Translations under genes and position numbers: made by a program | The notes under the pieces: model-generated | Databases searched by the model: none | Seen by the model: the letters and a program-made list of their open reading frames with translations, nothing else | What the model was told of the DNA's origin: nothing | Origin: Pseudomonadales bacterium | GTDB lineage: Bacteria; Pseudomonadota; Gammaproteobacteria; Pseudomonadales; Endozoicomonadaceae | Direction: 5' to 3' | Assembly (NCBI GenBank): GCA_965201045.1 | Contig: OZ241746.1 | Coordinates: 4,995,408 to 5,027,407 of the forward strand | DNA: 32,000 nt | In this document: piece by piece, positions 10,433 through 16,300 of the stretch | Layout: every line of letters begins with the position of its first letter | Position numbering within the stretch: the stretch's first letter is position 1

Positions 10433-11017
10433 ATGCAGACATCTAACAGCATACAATTTGGCAATCCATTCGCTGCACCAGTATCCATGGATCCTCCACC
10501 AGCCTATCAAAGCTCGGTACGGACACCGCAAGGATACATTAGCAAGCCTGCTGCATGCCAAAAGTCATTACAACAACAGGCAGTAGATTATGCTTGTGAC
10601 AGTGGAAAATCTCTGTACGAGCGGGTTATTGTTTCTGCAAAAGGTTTTCTGTCTGGTCTGAAAATATTTGCAGACGAAGCCTGCAATGTAGTACATCGTA
10701 CTGTGTATGGTACAGGACTTGGTTTTATGGCAGGTAGCGGTTGTGCTCTTACTACTTATATTGGTTTAGGGCTTTTATTCGGTGTCAATCCGGTCGTAGG
10801 TTCCATTGCAACGGGTATGAGTATCGGTATGGTAGGTCTTGGAGCAGCAGCAGGTGCAATAACTGGCGCAACTTATCCTCTGTTACGAACAGCTGCATAT
10901 CAGCTGATCGAAGGGAATTTTTCTGAATTACGGCAAGAAAATGCAAATCTGCAATTGCAGTTACAGCAACAAAGGCAAGCCACACAACATCTGCAACAAT
11001 CTGATCAGTTGAGATAA
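10433..11017 (+). CDS. Small membrane protein: N-terminal PPxY motif, bilobed Gly-rich hydrophobic domain, C-terminal Q-rich coiled coil
   Basis: The ORF is open from GTG at 10427. The ATG at 10433 is preferred because GGAGA (10421-10425) lies 7 nt upstream. PPPAY is encoded at 10493-10507. A hydrophobic stretch of about 58 residues, GTGLGFMAGSGCALTTYIGLGLLFGVNPVVGSIATGMSIGMVGLGAAAGAITGATYPLL, is encoded at about 10709-10885. The tail is LRQENANLQLQLQQQRQATQHLQQ. An intrinsic terminator follows the stop. Confidence 0.8.
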   Translation: MQTSNSIQFGNPFAAPVSMDPPPAYQSSVRTPQGYISKPAACQKSLQQQAVDYACDSGKSLYERVIVSAKGFLSGLKIFADEACNVVHRTVYGTGLGFMAGSGCALTTYIGLGLLFGVNPVVGSIATGMSIGMVGLGAAAGAITGATYPLLRTAAYQLIEGNFSELRQENANLQLQLQQQRQATQHLQQSDQLR

Positions 11018-11045
11018 GAATCTTAACCGTTTTTTGTGGACAGAT

Positions 11046-11071
11046 AAAGGCTCTTTTGGGAGCCTTTTTTT
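11046..11071 (+). terminator. Rho-independent terminator of the PPxY membrane-protein gene
   Basis: AAAGGCTC (11046-11053) and GAGCCTTT (11060-11067) form a perfect 8-bp stem with a 6-nt loop TTTTGG. The stem runs into a T tract (T7 from 11065 to 11071). It begins 29 nt after the stop codon. Confidence 0.75.
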
Positions 11072-11281
11072 ATGGGCTTCTTCGTTTAGTAATATCCGCC
11101 ATAGCAGTTGTAGTTTATTTTTATGGTTTTGTTGTGATATTAATAAATACTATATATTGAAACAGCCATATCGAGGTTTTATTAAAATTATTCAGCAAAA
11201 CAAAAGAAGTTTACAGCTGTTGTGCAAACAACTAAAGTTTAGATGTGGCTTCCATCAATTATAAAAACATGGATGATAATA

Positions 11282-11584
11282 ATGGATGAAAATACTGTAA
11301 AAAAAATGGCACTGGTTGTTGCTGCAAGCTGTCTTATGAAAGAACCTGGTGATCCGAAAACGGTATCTGAAATCTCTTCACAGCTTAATAAACAGGTCTC
11401 AGACAGGCTGTATACATTTTTGCTGTATTTACTCAATAAACCCTCCAACGAATACTCTGCACTCATGAATGAGCTGACCAAAAATTATCCTGAAGACTGG
11501 AATTTTCCAGAACTCGATCCTAAATTTACCCAAATTGCTAATCAGACAGCACATGATCGCAGTGAAAACAGAGTTTTTCTGTAA
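11282..11584 (+). CDS. Hypothetical small protein (about 100 aa), uncertain
   Basis: The ORF is open from 11243, with in-frame ATGs at 11243, 11273 and 11282. Only 11282 has a weak GGA-type SD about 8 nt upstream. The product is hydrophilic with no recognisable motif. A competing 80-aa antisense ORF overlaps it. No terminator or homology support is visible. Confidence 0.4.
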   Translation: MDENTVKKMALVVAASCLMKEPGDPKTVSEISSQLNKQVSDRLYTFLLYLLNKPSNEYSALMNELTKNYPEDWNFPELDPKFTQIANQTAHDRSENRVFL

Positions 11585-11686
11585 TGTGCTGCAGCGTCAC
11601 ATAAATTAATAGTAAAAAAAAGAGCATTTTACTGTTGTTGATATAGTATTTCTTACACAATAAGATTGTAATCGTGCTTTTTTAAA

Positions 11687-11726
11687 CAGTTAAACCTGCC
11701 AGTTGTCAATTAAACAGGTTTAACTG
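11687..11726. repeat. Perfect 12-bp inverted repeat (hairpin or protein-binding palindrome) in the intergenic region upstream of the exported-protein gene
   Basis: CAGTTAAACCTG (11687-11698) and CAGGTTTAACTG (11715-11726) are exact reverse complements separated by 16 nt. No T tract follows on either strand. Confidence 0.85.
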
Positions 11727-11825
11727 AAAAGTATGCACGATATAAACAGGCAATCATTATTGCGATAAAAGCAAGCTGTAGCTGCTTTATTTATCAACAT
11801 TGTTGTGAAAGGTGATATCAGGTTA

Positions 11826-12761
11826 ATGCGTAAAATAATTTTCTTTATAACGTTATTCTTTGTTGTCTGCGGTATTAATAACCATGCAACAACACAAGGA
11901 CAGGGAATGTCAAAAACAACAGCGGACGGTACAGTGCCTGCGGCACTCACAAAACTTGCCCGCGATATCGATGAGTCAGTGGTTAATACGTGGCAGAAGG
12001 CTTTGCAGGTCTTTGAACGCTGGGGCAGAAAACCGGGGGTAGAACGCTGGGATCTTAAGCAGCTTAATCTTTCTTCGCAACAACAGGCAAACGTCATACG
12101 TGATCTTACTGAACTTGGTTTTATTGACGCTATCACCCCCCAAAAAAACACCTATGATTATGCATTTATTCTTGGTGCCACGGTAAAAAGTATGATGCAG
12201 CGCCTCGATTATCTGGTAAAACAGTGGAATAACGGAACCCGCTTTAGTAAATTAGTGTTTTTAACCGGTGAACGTCCGCTTCTGGCTGACTCTGATAATT
12301 TTGCAGCATTGATGTGTCAACATAACAAACAAGTCTGTAGTATAACATGGGATAAAAAAACATTACCCAACTCAGAATCAGAAGCCGCCCGGCTTATTCA
12401 TGCCTACTTTAATATGCCTGATGAAATGCGTGCCATTCCGGTTTTATTTGTTTCTGTCCCCCGAACCTGGCAAAAAGAACAGGCACAATGGCAAAGACCC
12501 AATACTGCCATGACGGTGAAAGCATTACTGCAAAAAGAAAATCTTTCCTCCCGTACCATTTTATCCGTTTCAAGTCAGCCATATGCGCAGTATCAGCATC
12601 TGGTTTTACATAACTGTTTACAGAGTAAACAAGCAGATAACGTCAGTATTGAAACCATTGCTGCGGCTACTGATAATGAAAATCTGCAATATAAATTGGA
12701 TGCTGTCTGGTTATGGATTAAAAATCAAATAGCTACTATTCCCAAAAATATAAAAGCTTAA
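11826..12761 (+). CDS. Exported protein, tentatively DUF218 (YdcF/SanA/ElyC)-like
   Basis: The ORF is open from GTG at 11805. The ATG at 11826 gives MRKIIFFITLFFVVCGINNHA, a signal-peptide-like N-terminus. The blocks YAFILGAT...RLDYLV...LVFLTGERP, SESEAARLI, RPNTAMT and ILSVSSQPYAQYQH resemble the DUF218 pattern as I remember it. This assignment needs an HMM check. Confidence 0.75.
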   Translation: MRKIIFFITLFFVVCGINNHATTQGQGMSKTTADGTVPAALTKLARDIDESVVNTWQKALQVFERWGRKPGVERWDLKQLNLSSQQQANVIRDLTELGFIDAITPQKNTYDYAFILGATVKSMMQRLDYLVKQWNNGTRFSKLVFLTGERPLLADSDNFAALMCQHNKQVCSITWDKKTLPNSESEAARLIHAYFNMPDEMRAIPVLFVSVPRTWQKEQAQWQRPNTAMTVKALLQKENLSSRTILSVSSQPYAQYQHLVLHNCLQSKQADNVSIETIAAATDNENLQYKLDAVWLWIKNQIATIPKNIKA

Positions 12762-13218
12762 ACATTGTCAGTACTGTTGTTGATGTATCAACCATGACCA
12801 TAGATATTGCAACAACAGGCAGGGCTTTTGCACCCATTACGATAAATGATTTGAGCAGCCCTGCCAGATAACTATTGTTCCAGCCAGCCTTCTTTCTTTT
12901 GCCCTCTCATGCTGCGTTTGCTGGTTTTATCAACAACCTACCGAACTGCTTTGGTTAATAAAAGACAGTATATATGTTTTTTGACTACTACATCAGGAAT
13001 AAATAGAAAAAGATTTTTAAAGTAATTCAGGAGTGTAACTTCAAAAATAAATGTACTACTGAAGTACAATATTATCTGGCACCATTTAATGACTCAGCAG
13101 AAGTAATAGCTAATATAATACGAAGGCACAGAGAAATAGAAATTCCTGCATTGTTATATCATACAGACAGAGTCACTTCATGCAGGATTAGATTTCTTGT
13201 GCATAAATTTGAGGTATT

Positions 13219-13269
13219 ATTAAATAAATTGATATGGTATGCAACTTTTTCAGTCATTTCAAAATCTAA
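13219..13269 (+). promoter_or_regulatory. Conserved ~50-nt upstream block of the rhs cassettes (copy upstream of rhs-2), probable promoter/leader element
   Basis: ATTAAATAAATTGATATGGTATGCAACTTTTTCAGTCATTTCAAAATCTAA recurs with few changes at 19051-19100, 25079-25129 and 31105-31154. In every case it lies about 55-80 nt upstream of the ATG. It contains TTGA(AC/TA) followed 18-19 nt later by TAGTTT/TCATTT, which are weak sigma70-like hexamers. Confidence 0.4.
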
Positions 13270-13322
13270 ATAAGCATTAATGTTTTTTATGTCTTTTTAT
13301 ATTTATTTTATAGGGGGATTTT

Positions 13323-16300
13323 ATGATTTGTAATTTTTTAAAGACCAATGTTATCCCTTTCTTCCTTCTATGCTTACTGCTTTATTGTGAATTAATTTGC
13401 GAAGCATTACCCCTTCCATTTCAAAACTTACCTGCAACAAACAAAAAAGCTACCATTGTCTTTAATAAAGATCACACAACAAATGCCCAGAAAAATAATG
13501 TTCCTGCTTCAAAATTAAAAGATGAAATTAAAAAAAAATTACTAAAAGTCAGTAATACTAATCCATGGTCAAATGCTGTTAATTTTTCAAAAAACTGGGG
13601 TACACAGATAGATCCGCGTACCGGTACATTTACAGCTTACGTAAAAGTAGGCAGTATGATCAGTAATCTGGGTCATGGACCCAATATTAATTTGCAAATC
13701 AGTTATAACAGTGACAGTATGGTTGATACTGATAAACTAGGAGTTGGCTGGAACTGGAATTTGACTTACTTTAATCCGATAACCAATCAACTGTCCACCT
13801 CTCAGGGAAAAACTTTTAATTTAAGCCAGCATACAGATGGAACCTGGCGACCTCGTTATCACAAATTACATGATATTCAGATTGACGGCAGCAAAGATAC
13901 ATTCTTCACCATAACCTACGCCAATGGTCTTCGGGAAATACTCGATCATGATGGTTTTGAAACCACGTTGGAACAACAGGATGGACGTAGCGTTCATTTT
14001 GATTATGTACCCGGGACACATCTGTTAAGTACTATTCGTGATGACCAAGGGCATAAAATTATTTTAACATGGCGGTACGGTTTTGTAACTGTTACCAGCT
14101 TTGATGCAAACGGAAAACCAGTAAATATTATACTTAAAAATTTAGATGGTGAATTAAGAAATATTACTTTACCCGGAAAAGATAAACAGACAATGTTAAA
14201 TATTGACATGGAATACGATGGTCATCTGCTTGATAACATTATTTATCCTACCGGATTAAAAAAGAACGTAACTTACAACTGTACCGATGCAATGCCTGTT
14301 GAATCACCTTATGGTGATCAACGCTATTTATGTGTAGTCACCAAAGAATCAACAGATCTGGGTGCAGAGCAACCAGAGATGGTCACCCATTATGGTTATA
14401 GTGAGTCTAACGCAGATGAACATAACTACCTTGGTTTTAATTCTGGTCTTAGTACAATGCCCGGCTCATTGACGGATGTATTGTTTGAGGCACCCGCATA
14501 TTATACTTACAAAACAACACAGGATAACGGACTAACAACACAGATTCGCACTTACAACAAATATCATTTGCTGATCAATACACAACTGATTAGTGATCAT
14601 ACAGGAAATTTACTGTCATCCACCCACTATTTTTTCTGTCGTACTGATGCGATTGATGGCTGTGCCCATACCAGCTTTGAAGATTTACCCGCCACCTATA
14701 GTTTACCGCTGAAAATAGTAACCAAAATCTGGGGAGAACATATGGGATCATCCGCAGTGGAAACTACAGAAAACAGTTATGATGATCTTGGACGTATAAC
14801 CAGCACAAAAGATACTTATGGACGTGAAAAAATAATAATCTACTGTCCTACAAATGGTAACGCTGCCTGTCCTGCTGAACCTGATAAGTGGTCTTTAACG
14901 ACTCTCGTACAGTCTGTTATCATAAAACCTTCAGAGCAATTTAAGACAGCATCAGAAAAACCCTTGGTTATAAATAACTTTTATAAAAAAGAACCTGACA
15001 TCAAAGGGAATGATTATACTTTGGTGCTTGCAAGTAAAGTTGTCAGCTCAGGTAATCAACAGATCACAACAACACGTCAGTATTATAATGATCCAAAAAA
15101 TATTTTTGAATATGGTCTTTTAAAAACAACAAAATTAACCGGTAATTTATCATCCGATAAAACACTCACAGCGATCAATAAAGATTACCATTATATTTTA
15201 AGTGCAGATCACGCCACCAAAACCACTTACAGTACGGTTAAAATCAGTGCAGATCAGTTTAAACGCTCTCCAATGGTGACCACCAGTTTGTTTACCAATC
15301 AGGTACTTGAAGCCGCAGATCCTGAAAATAAAAATATTGTTCATTATCATTATGACTACTTTGGAAGAATAACAGAGGAAGATTCAGGTATAGGTACTGC
15401 GTTTGCAGTTAGTAAGCACTATCAGTATGCAATTTCTTCACAAAAGATAATGTTAATCATTACAGCCAGTAATGGTTTGCAAAAAAAGATACTGTTTGAT
15501 AGCAAAGGACGACAATTGGCAACTTTTAGTGAAGCAATATCAGCTACAGGAAAGGCAGAGCCCGGTAAATGGATTCTCGATAGAAGTATAACTTACGATG
15601 ACTATGGGCGTATTGCTGCTAAACATGCTTATTATATTGATGCATCAGGTCAAACAAAACAGCTAACAAAAACCTTTTTCTACGATGATATGGGAAGAGT
15701 CACTGCTGTACATTTACCCGACAAAGAGACTTTAGTAAAAGAGTATGATGATCCTGATCGCTGTACGGTAGCTTTTAAATATAACCGTAATCAGCTTCGT
15801 TCTGCTATCTCCATTACTCATAGTAATCTGCTGGATAAACCGATAAAACAAATTCTGTTACCGATCAGTTTCAGTTCTGACCAGCCAGTTTCTGCCAGCA
15901 CACTGTGCAAACTCAAAAATATACCGTCAACGGCAAAAGTATCTTCTGCCGTTTACAATGGTTTTGGCAGTATCATTAAAGCCATTGACCCTATGGGACA
16001 GATAGTCAGAAAAAATTATAATTCACTGGGACAGGTGACAGATATGATCGACCCTGTAGGAGATAAAATACATAGTGTCTATAATCTGACCGGTCAGGTG
16101 GTGCAAAAATGGATAATTCCTGCTAATAAGAACGGACAACAGATAAAACAATATCTGCTGGCTTCTGCTCAATATAATGCAGTCGGAGAGTTACTATGGA
16201 AAGCCGGAGAAGACGGAAAAAAAACCTGGTATACCTACACACCAGATGATCAGATAGCAACCATGACCACACCAGCAGGACATGTTATTTCATGGCAATA

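Noticed and set aside
11720-12151. Small ORFs around the central genes: the 143-aa antisense ORF overlapping the start of the exported-protein gene, and 11860-12042, 11034-11264, 11239-11481, 10741-10926 and 10785-10985.
   Set aside because: Each overlaps a better-supported gene, or in the case of 11034-11264 the terminator at 11046-11071. They have non-canonical or unsupported starts and give compositionally implausible products.
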